The position numbers were made by a program, and so were the translations under genes. Positions 17,502 through 24,100 of a DNA stretch of 32,000 nucleotides are shown piece by piece; position 1 is the stretch's first letter, and each line of letters opens with the position of its first letter. The DNA lies in NCBI GenBank assembly GCA_965224465.1, contig OZ245049.1, forward strand, positions 660,001 through 692,000, in the 5' to 3' direction. The DNA comes from Flavobacteriaceae bacterium. GTDB taxonomy: Bacteria > Bacteroidota > Bacteroidia > Flavobacteriales > Flavobacteriaceae. Below the pieces are notes generated by a model that was not told the origin of the DNA, did not search any database, and saw nothing but the letters and a program-made list of their open reading frames with translations.

Positions 17502-18730
17502 CAGGGAATTCGCATTTAAACTTTTCGTAAATCTCTAATAAATACCCTATCTTTGTAAGAGTTATCAGAAGGTCTGATAATAAAAAAAATGACTACAAAA
17601 GGTCCAGAATTAGAAAGAAATATCTTTGAAGAGAGTTTTTCCTCCCTTAAAGATCCACGAAGAACTTCAAAAGGAAACATCAGACACTCAATTAAAGAAA
17701 TACTATTCCTTACCTTGTCAGCTGTTATAAGCGGCTGTAACACATGGTGTTTAATTGAGGAATTTGGAAACTTAAAAATAGAATGGTTACGAAAATTTCA
17801 TCCTTATGCATCTGGAATTCCTTCTCATGATACTTTAGGAGCTTTTTTTAGCGCCCTAGATTCTAAGAAGTTTTCAAAATGTTTTATCAACTATGCTGCA
17901 TCTATTTCTACACATACAGAAGGAGATGTTATTTCCTTAGATGGGAAAACGGTTAGAGGAATTGGATCGAGAGTAAGAAAATATCCGATTCATATTGTAT
18001 CTGCATTTTGTTCAAAAAACCATCTGTCTTTAGCGCAAGAAACAGTAAATAAAAAAGAAAACGAGATAGTAGCTATTCCAAGATTACTAGAGTTAATTAC
18101 TATAAAAGGGTGCATTATTACTATTGATGCCATGGGGTGCCAGAAGAAAATAGCTGCAAAAATCAGAGAAAGAGAAGCAAATTATCTCTTGCAAGTAAAA
18201 GGAAATCAATCTGATTTAAAAGAACAAATTATCAAAATATTTAACCGAAAGACTTCTAGAAGCACAGCCGTTATGTATGAATGTGACCATGGTAGAATTG
18301 AGAAAAGGACTTGTCAGACAATCAATGATTTAACTTTTTTAGACGGAAAAGAACACTGGAAGGACTTGAAAACAATTGTAAGAATTGAATCTTATAGAGA
18401 ATATAAAAAAACGGGGAAATCCTCAAATACTTTCAGATATTATATTTCTTCACTCCCTATGGACGCAGAACTTATAAATAAATCTGTTAGAAGTCATTGG
18501 GCTATAGAAAACAACTTACATTGGAATTTAGATGTTATTTTTAAGGAAGATTATCAACTAAAACGAAAAGGAGATTCTGTAGAAAACTTTAATATGATCA
18601 CTAAAGTAGCTTTAGCATTATTAGATAATGAGAAATCAACTAAAAAATCTAAACCAACTAAAAGATTTAAGGCTTCATTAGATGATAGTTATAAAGAGTT
18701 AATTATGAATCTTTAAATGCGAATTCCCTG
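17502..18730 (+). mobile_element. ISAs1-family insertion sequence inserted in the group II intron RT gene
   Basis: Perfect 19-bp terminal IRs: cagggaattcgcatttaaa at 17502-17520 and tttaaatgcgaattccctg at 18712-18730. It is flanked by a 10-bp TSD and contains a 375-aa transposase ORF. Confidence 0.9.
17589..18716 (+). CDS. ISAs1-family (H-repeat-associated type) DDE transposase
   Basis: DPRRTSKGNIRHSIKEILFLTLSAVISGCNTWCLIEEFG, DGKTVRG, IDAMGCQKKIA, VKGNQ and SHWAIENNLHWNLDVIFKED closely parallel E. coli YhhI-type ISAs1 transposases. Confidence 0.9.
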   Translation: MTTKGPELERNIFEESFSSLKDPRRTSKGNIRHSIKEILFLTLSAVISGCNTWCLIEEFGNLKIEWLRKFHPYASGIPSHDTLGAFFSALDSKKFSKCFINYAASISTHTEGDVISLDGKTVRGIGSRVRKYPIHIVSAFCSKNHLSLAQETVNKKENEIVAIPRLLELITIKGCIITIDAMGCQKKIAAKIREREANYLLQVKGNQSDLKEQIIKIFNRKTSRSTAVMYECDHGRIEKRTCQTINDLTFLDGKEHWKDLKTIVRIESYREYKKTGKSSNTFRYYISSLPMDAELINKSVRSHWAIENNLHWNLDVIFKEDYQLKRKGDSVENFNMITKVALALLDNEKSTKKSKPTKRFKASLDDSYKELIMNL

Positions 18731-18740
18731 GGGTGAACTT
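18731..18740. repeat. Right 10-bp target-site duplication (gggtgaactt) of the ISAs1-family IS
   Basis: Identical to 17492-17501 and directly abuts the right IR. Confidence 0.9.
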
Positions 18741-19524
18741 CTAAATCACATTGTTTTAGTCGCTCTTGCAATTGTTGTAATACATGCTCTGCCTGTGATT
18801 CGCTTACACAGTGTATTATAATATCATCTGCATACCGTGCAAACCGTAGATCCTCAAACTCTTTATCCATCCATTTATCAAACGCATAATGCAAATACAA
18901 ATTAGCCAACAAAGGACTTATTACTCCGCCTTGTGGAGTGCCTTTACCTTGACGTGCTTCTAATTTACCATCTGCCGTTAATTTGGGCGCTTCTAACCAC
19001 CGTCTTATGTACATTTTTATCCATTTTTCTGATACATGCCTATCTAACGCAAGTAATAACTTGGTATGATTAACATTGTCAAAAAACTTTTTGATATCTA
19101 AATCTACAACCCATGCGTATTTGCGAACATTATCTTTTACTTTTGATAATGCTTGATGCGCACTTTTTAATGGTCGATACCCATAAGATGAATCGTGAAA
19201 TTCCAATTCCAAAACTGGCTCTAACAAGTTTTTAATTACCTGTTGTCCTATTCTATCTGCAACTGTTGGAATGCCTAAACTACGTGTTTTACCCCCTCCT
19301 TTGGGTATTTCTACTTCTTTTACCGCTGGCGGAAAATAGCTTCCCGAAGCCAATCGATTCCATAGGCTATACAAATTGTTTTCCAAATTTTCTTCAAACT
19401 GTTGAATACTCACTAGATCAACTCCTGCACTTCCTTTATTCGATTTAACTTTCTTAAAAGCTTTCCACACCATCGCTTTACTAATTGGTAATGGTTTTGC
19501 TTTCTCTTTAAAAATCCTACTCAT
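18741..19524 (-). pseudogene. Group II intron RT/maturase, N-terminal fragment (RT domains 0-7 with YADD)
   Basis: MSRIFKEKAKPLPISKAMVWKAFKKVKSNKGSAGVDLVSIQQFEENL...GIPTVADRIGQQV...GTPQGGVISPLLANLYLH...RYADDIIIHC. The ORF-track tail REFAFKDS* is read-through into the IS end. Confidence 0.9.
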
Positions 19525-20042
19525 AATTTTGAGTTGTTAATAAATTAAAAACTTGTACAATTTGACCCCTTCGCTCCGCTCTCATTACAAAAGATTCTTC
19601 ACTACTACGAGTCAATCCGTCACCTCTAAACGCTTTGATAATAGCCTTGTTATTACCTAACTTGAACGTTCTCTTTTAACAGCATTTAGAGGCTTCCTAT
19701 GTTCCAAAAATAAGCCTAAATAAAAGTCATGCCCTCTTAACGACGATTGCCATATAGCCAGTAAACAGGTAACCGCTATACTAATCCCTAAGACCACGGA
19801 ATGTCTCGGTTTTGACAATAAGTACGACTTCTCGACGCTTCTTCGACAGGTTCGCTTTCGCTCATCTCTTTTATTCTCACCTGACTCTTTACAAAGCCTT
19901 TTCCTTTCTCGCTTCACACCATAAAATTACTTCTATAGCATTAGAAAGGCAGTTTAGTACCCGCTCCTGCAAGCCGATACTGATGGACCTACCATCATCT
20001 TATTTTTAGTTACGTAAAGCTTACGCTTTACTCATAGCACAC

Positions 20043-20161
20043 TCCGAGCCATCGGGATTTTGGGTTAAAACTAGCTCCGTTTTGGCATAGGTATTTTGTA
20101 CTCCTAATAAAAATATTAGGAGAAAGAGAAGAAGATATTTGATGTGTTTGAGAAAATTCAT
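20043..20161 (-). pseudogene. 5' exon: start of a small signal-peptide ORF (MNFLKHIKYLLLFLLIFLLGVQNTYAKTELVLTQNPDGS...) interrupted by the group II intron
   Basis: Hand-translated: ATG at 20159-20161, then 39 codons plus 2 nt up to the intron 5' end. Typical n-h-c signal peptide. Same orientation as the intron. Confidence 0.35.
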
Positions 20162-20212
20162 TTGCTTTCTTACTTAAATCTAACATTAAACAGCAGTTGG
20201 GGTAAATGAAAG

Positions 20213-20548
20213 TTAAATATTATCACTTAAAAAGTTCTTCAATATATTAAGTTGGTATAAAATGTTTCCACTTGTTGATTGAGTTCTATTATTTACTGAA
20301 CGGTCGAACTGCCAAAGAGAATATTCTGTGTCATCTATAAAAATATTTACTGAAAAATGTCCTCCTATATCTCCATCAAAACAAATCCTAATATCTACAC
20401 TATTAAAATATTCCAGCCACCAATAACCTGTATAATTAGTTTTTTTTAACAAAACATATTCTTTGAAATTTTCATCAAAGTATTGCTCTACTAATTTTAT
20501 ACTCTTTACAGGGTTTAATCCTTCATTTTCTACCATATAACTTTCCAT
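20213..20548 (-). CDS. Putative immunity protein for small toxin a (111 aa)
   Basis: Overlaps the toxin-a stop by 7-19 nt depending on which start is used (M1 or M5), on the same strand. Role inferred from position only. Confidence 0.55.
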   Translation of the reverse strand: MESYMVENEGLNPVKSIKLVEQYFDENFKEYVLLKKTNYTGYWWLEYFNSVDIRICFDGDIGGHFSVNIFIDDTEYSLWQFDRSVNNRTQSTSGNILYQLNILKNFLSDNI

Positions 20549-21051
20549 GTATCTACATTTATTTTTCGAAAATCTTTTGCTCCTATATCAATAAGATATT
20601 CTGCCTCTTTAGATAAATATTCGTGACTTTGTGCTTTCCAAGGTTCTTGTGAAAAATAAAACTCTCTATTTAATGCTTTTTGCTCATCAATAAATTGCTT
20701 ATTTATCTTCCACATCTCATCTGCATTATTATTTACTAATGCTTCTGCTTCTTTCCATTTTGTAGAACCTAAATCAAAATAAGTATGGTCTGTGCCTGCT
20801 CTTTGTATATAAGAATTGGATCCTCCATCTAAATATTTCCCAAGCATTACTTTTGATTGGTCTCCTTGCTTAGTTGCCAACAAAACAAAATCATCTAATT
20901 GCTTAGATGTAAACTTCCCCACCCCCTCAGCCAATTCTTCAAGCCTTTCACTACTTTTTTCAATTGAAAAAAAAGTGTCGTTTGCACTTAAATTGAGTGT
21001 CGAAAAAACACTAAGTACAACAATTAGGAATATTTTAAATAAGCTGTTCAC
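20530..21051 (-). CDS. Small secreted polymorphic toxin a (173 aa): shared 41-aa leader plus a unique C-terminal domain of unknown type
   Basis: GTG start. Leader MNSLFKIFLIVVLSVFSTLNLSANDTFFSIEKSSERLEELA is identical to that of ORF 27910-28620. Unrelated sequence follows from codon 42. Confidence 0.65.
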   Translation of the reverse strand: MNSLFKIFLIVVLSVFSTLNLSANDTFFSIEKSSERLEELAEGVGKFTSKQLDDFVLLATKQGDQSKVMLGKYLDGGSNSYIQRAGTDHTYFDLGSTKWKEAEALVNNNADEMWKINKQFIDEQKALNREFYFSQEPWKAQSHEYLSKEAEYLIDIGAKDFRKINVDTWKVIW

Positions 21052-21057
21052 GGATTA

Positions 21058-21065
21058 CAAAGATA
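21058..21065 (-). promoter_or_regulatory. Candidate Bacteroidota -7 promoter box TAtcTTTG upstream of small toxin a (copy at 28627-28634 for toxin b)
   Basis: The minus strand reads TATCTTTG 6 nt before the GTG start, matching the TAnnTTTG consensus. No convincing -33 element was seen. Confidence 0.3.
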
Positions 21066-21449
21066 GTTGATTTCTTAGTTTTTGTTTTTCTTCAATTGAA
21101 AAAAAAATAAACACAAAGTTTAAGGCTTGATTTTTTGTAATTAATGCCTTATCGAAATTTTCATTTTTTAGAATAATGCTCTATGGCATTGATTATAAAA
21201 AATGAGCATCCAAGGGGTTTGGGGAATGGAAGATTCCCCATATAAATAAATCCTGCGTAGCAGACCTATTATTTTTTTTGTGCGGTTGGGAGCGTTGGAT
21301 GTGTGGCTATTTTGCATAATACCAGTTATAACTACCTGGAGTTTTTCACGCAAGAGTATTATAACTTGTATTATGTTACTTAGCTTGGGGTGGTTTTTAT
21401 GGCGGATTTTTTGCTTTTGTGCGGTGGCACAGCTCTTTGGATTTTCTTT

Positions 21450-21463
21450 TTTTCAATTGAAAA
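21450..21463. repeat. Perfect palindrome TTTTCAATTGAAAA; related copies at 20955-20972 and 21091-21100 (and all three again at +7,569)
   Basis: Read directly. One copy lies inside the shared toxin leader coding sequence (FFSIEK). The other two lie in the 575-bp non-coding spacer. Confidence 0.7.
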
Positions 21464-21626
21464 TAAAAACGATAAAAAAGAAAATACAATGTGCTGTTTT
21501 TGCGGTGGGTTGCAGAAAGTGTGACATAAAAACCACAGAAGGGTTGGCGTGCGGAACAACATAAAGCACAAAGGCTTTTTGCTTTTTCTGCAAAAGTTTG
21601 GGTTTTATGTTGTGGGGATTGGTCGG

Positions 21627-21905
21627 TTATTTCTCTCCATAATGAGAATGTGCATTTAGTACATAAACTGTAACTATTTCTTCATTTATAGAATACACTA
21701 ATCGGTGTTTATGGTTGATTCTTCCTGAATACAATCCTTTTAAATTATGTTTCAACATTTCGGGTTGTCCTGTTCCTGTTGTTGGGTGTTCCATTAATTC
21801 AGTTAATAATTTCTGTAACTTCTTTAAAATTGATTTATCTCCTACTTTTTTATGTTTCTCAATATCTTCTAAAGCGGTTTTAGAAAATTCTAATTTATAA
21901 CTCAT
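21627..21905 (-). CDS. yoeB: Txe/YoeB-family type II toxin (copy A, Gly at residue 61)
   Basis: GQPEMLKHNLKGLYSGRINHKHRLVY aligns with E. coli YoeB [26 protein letters not shown]. C-terminal HSHY. 4-nt overlap with the upstream antitoxin ORF. Confidence 0.85.
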   Translation of the reverse strand: MSYKLEFSKTALEDIEKHKKVGDKSILKKLQKLLTELMEHPTTGTGQPEMLKHNLKGLYSGRINHKHRLVYSINEEIVTVYVLNAHSHYGEK

Positions 21906-22153
21906 AAACCTAATAATTCACTTATTTCTTTAGGTGTAGAAATGGTTTTTGTTTCTCCATTTTGAACTTCTAAAACGCTTTGTTGAATACGTTCTATCAT
22001 CTTTGCATTAAAGTACATATCGTTCTCACTAACAAGAGTTAATGCATACGATTTATCTTTCCCCCTTTGAACAATTATATACTCTCCTTTATCTACTCTT
22101 TCGAAGTATTCTTTTTGATTTTGTCTAAATTCTCTACTGCTTATAACTAACAT
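21902..22153 (-). CDS. Phd/YefM-family antitoxin (copy A)
   Basis: The likely start is the internal ATG at 22151-22153 (MLVISSREFRQNQKEYFERVDKGEYIIVQRGKDKSYALTLVSE...), a typical Phd/YefM N-terminus. The longer track ORF (to 22216) would run through the operator palindrome. Confidence 0.8.
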   Translation of the reverse strand: MLVISSREFRQNQKEYFERVDKGEYIIVQRGKDKSYALTLVSENDMYFNAKMIERIQQSVLEVQNGETKTISTPKEISELLGL

Positions 22154-22167
22154 AATATCATATTTTG

Positions 22168-22184
22168 TGTACCAATATGGTACA
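22168..22184. promoter_or_regulatory. Candidate TA operator palindrome TGTACC-N5-GGTACA (copy at 29737-29753)
   Basis: Perfect 6-bp inverted arms about 15 nt upstream of the antitoxin ATG. E. coli yefM-yoeB operators are built on TGTACA hexamers. Confidence 0.4.
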
Positions 22185-22216
22185 ATATACAAATAAATAA
22201 GCAAAAAGTATTCCAT

Positions 22217-23158
22217 TTACCCTAAAGGATGAAACATTTCTATTTGTTTACTCAAATTCTTCATGTCTTTATTACGGTACTTTTCTATATTTCCAACATT
22301 TTTATAACCGCTTAAATATTGGGTTTTTCTTAATCCAAATAAATCTATCCAAATGCCTATTCTTGATTGTTTGAGTTGAGTTAATCTTTTAATGTTTATT
22401 GTTGGATTCTGCTCCTTTATGGTTTTTACTAATACTTTTAATTGCTCGTGTAAGCGTTGTTCTTTGTTGCAGTTTGGATTGAACAGTTTTTCGCTTTGCT
22501 CTGTATTTGGCTTGTTGTTTCTACCTATCCCTCTAAAATCGGTAATATAATCGTGAAAAGGAATTATCTGATTTGCTTCTAATTTTACTGTTCTGCTGTT
22601 CTTTCTTCTTACTCCTCCTGGGACTTTTATGATTCCTTTTTTTAGATCTAAATCTTCTAATTCTAAATTCATTAAATCTTGCTTGTCCAATGCTTGAAAA
22701 ATCATTAACCCCAATAGTAGTTTATTGCTGTATTTAAAATATCCGTGTTTAGTTTTGTCTTGATAATTGGTGTAGATTTCTTGTAGTTCTTCTTCTGTTA
22801 ATAAAATGATTTGCTCTTGTGCTACTCCTCTTAATCTTACATTTAAAGCAATGTTTTGTATTGCTTCTGTTGAGCTATTTAAAAGACGCTGTGCGTCTAA
22901 AAAGTGGTAATAATGTTCTATTGCTCTTAAAGTTGTATTGATACTTGTTTTTGATTTCTCTTGATTTTGTAAGTGTCCTATATAGTTTAATAACTGATTG
23001 TATTTTATCGTTTTCACGGTTAGTTTATTTAGCTGTAACCAAATTGTAAAAAGTCCTATTCTCATTATAAAATCCTTGATACATTTTTCGCTATAAAACC
23101 TATCTGTTAGCCATTTATCAAAGGCGAGAGGCTCGCTACCCAATTTATTATTTTTCAT
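22217..23158 (-). CDS. Divergent tyrosine-recombinase-like protein (313 aa, copy A)
   Basis: SAM-like N-terminal domain (TINTTLRAIEHYYHFL). C-terminal ...LKQSRIGIW...LSGYKNVGNIEKY resembles HxxR...Y boxes. The first Arg box reads FQALDKQDL instead of TG(L/M)R. 11-nt overlap with the upstream recombinase gene. Confidence 0.6.
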   Translation of the reverse strand: MKNNKLGSEPLAFDKWLTDRFYSEKCIKDFIMRIGLFTIWLQLNKLTVKTIKYNQLLNYIGHLQNQEKSKTSINTTLRAIEHYYHFLDAQRLLNSSTEAIQNIALNVRLRGVAQEQIILLTEEELQEIYTNYQDKTKHGYFKYSNKLLLGLMIFQALDKQDLMNLELEDLDLKKGIIKVPGGVRRKNSRTVKLEANQIIPFHDYITDFRGIGRNNKPNTEQSEKLFNPNCNKEQRLHEQLKVLVKTIKEQNPTINIKRLTQLKQSRIGIWIDLFGLRKTQYLSGYKNVGNIEKYRNKDMKNLSKQIEMFHPLG

Positions 23159-24005
23159 CCTGTATTAATTGGCTGTCTGCCTCAGACTCTTCAAGTATGT
23201 GCGTATAAATCTGTGTACTATCTAACCTTTTATGTCCTAAAAAATTACCAATATATTCTAACTCCATTCCTTGCTGTAAAAGATGTGTAGCAATGCTATG
23301 ACGTAAACTGTGCAGGCTCGCCTGTTTTGTTATCTCTGATTTCTTCATCAAAACTTTTAACCTGTTGTTTAAATATTGTCCTGTTACTTGTGGTTTTGAT
23401 TTTCCAACTAATAAATAGTTACTATTTGGATTGATTATTTCTCTTGCAAACTCAATATATTCTTTTAAATCTGCTATTACTTTTTTACTCATTGGAACGT
23501 ATCTACTTTGGTAATTCTTAGATGGTTTTACGTAGATTAATCCTTTGTTAAAATCGAGTTCTTTGGGTTCTAAATTAATGCCTTCTTTACTTCTTAATCC
23601 GCAACCATAGTAAATACTTAGCATTGCTTTATCAAATAAACCACTTGGACTGTGCCCATCAATTGAAGAAAAAATACTTTTAATTTCTACTTGACTAAAG
23701 ATTGTTTTTTCTGTTTTTATTTCTCTTTCTACTATAATTTTATTGACTGCTAATTTCTGTTTCTTAGTCTTTTCTAAAAAGGCACTATATCTATTTATTA
23801 CGTTAATATGACCTTGTATGTATTGTCTACTCGCTTTAGTTTGATGTAGGCCTTTTATGAAGTTTTCTATCTCTTGTTGATTAGCTTTTCTTTGATTTAA
23901 GTACTTGAAAAAGTTAGCTAATAATCTTACATATCCTTTAATGGTACTTTCTGCATAACCCAATCTAATCAACCAATTTTCAAAGTTTTCTAATTCTGTT
24001 TTCAT
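23148..24005 (-). CDS. Tyrosine recombinase/integrase, XerC/D-like (285 aa, copy A)
   Basis: Canonical boxes: YYGCGLRSKEGINL (Arg I), HSLRHSIATHLL (HxxR), LGHKRLDSTQIYTHI (His, Tyr nucleophile). Confidence 0.85.
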   Translation of the reverse strand: MKTELENFENWLIRLGYAESTIKGYVRLLANFFKYLNQRKANQQEIENFIKGLHQTKASRQYIQGHINVINRYSAFLEKTKKQKLAVNKIIVEREIKTEKTIFSQVEIKSIFSSIDGHSPSGLFDKAMLSIYYGCGLRSKEGINLEPKELDFNKGLIYVKPSKNYQSRYVPMSKKVIADLKEYIEFAREIINPNSNYLLVGKSKPQVTGQYLNNRLKVLMKKSEITKQASLHSLRHSIATHLLQQGMELEYIGNFLGHKRLDSTQIYTHILEESEADSQLIQDEK

Positions 24006-24072
24006 AGGGGTGCCTTGCGTTTTGAGATTTGTATTGAGGTACTGACTTAACTTACTGATAATCTTTCAGTTT

Positions 24073-24100
24073 AGTTCCTCACTAAGCTAACTGAGGAACT
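24073..24100 (-). promoter_or_regulatory. Hairpin AGTTCCTCA-N10-TGAGGAACT spanning the primase stop codon, within a cluster of TGAGG(T/A)AC repeats (copy at 31642-31669)
   Basis: Perfect 9-bp inverted repeat. TGAGGTAC also occurs at 24035-24042, 24103-24110 and 24111-24118. Confidence 0.3.

Larger units (their letters stand above)
16938..20042 (-). mobile_element. Bacterial group II intron, disrupted by an ISAs1-family IS; about 1.87 kb without the insertion
   Basis: 5' end GTGTG (plus-strand cacac, 20038-20042), followed by a GTAAAGC-GTAA-GCTTTAC GNRA hairpin. RT ORF with YADD and a maturase X domain. Canonical domain V at 16980-17013. Domain VI-like stem with a bulged A near 16946. The 3' end is uncertain by about 5 nt. 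Confidence 0.85.

Noticed and set aside
17516-17743. 75-aa minus-strand ORF spanning the ISAs1 left end.
   Set aside because: It is read-through from the IS interior towards the RT gene, antisense to the transposase start. It is an artefact of the insertion junction.
19657-20009. ORFs 19657-19917 (-) and 19812-20009 (+).
   Set aside because: They lie in the structured 5' RNA domains (I-III) of the group II intron upstream of the RT ORF. No coding signal was seen.
20101-20122. Hairpin ctcctaata-aaaa-tattaggag, first taken for a terminator downstream of the 111-aa gene.
   Set aside because: It falls inside the hydrophobic core codons (LLIFLLG) of the signal-peptide ORF at 20043-20161, and no U-tract follows on either strand.
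20816-21070. Plus-strand ORFs 20816-21070 and 28415-28639.
   Set aside because: They are antisense to the small toxin genes. Their shared tail merely mirrors the shared leader.
21168-21571. Three mutually overlapping ORFs in the spacer (21168-21353 -, 21280-21564 +, 21380-21571 -) and their copies at 28737-29140.
   Set aside because: They overlap each other on both strands, are built from the T/A-rich palindromes and repeats, and have no recognisable motif. The region is treated as non-coding regulatory or att DNA.
21715-21900. 61-aa plus-strand ORFs 21715-21900 and 29284-29469.
   Set aside because: They are antisense to the YoeB-family genes.
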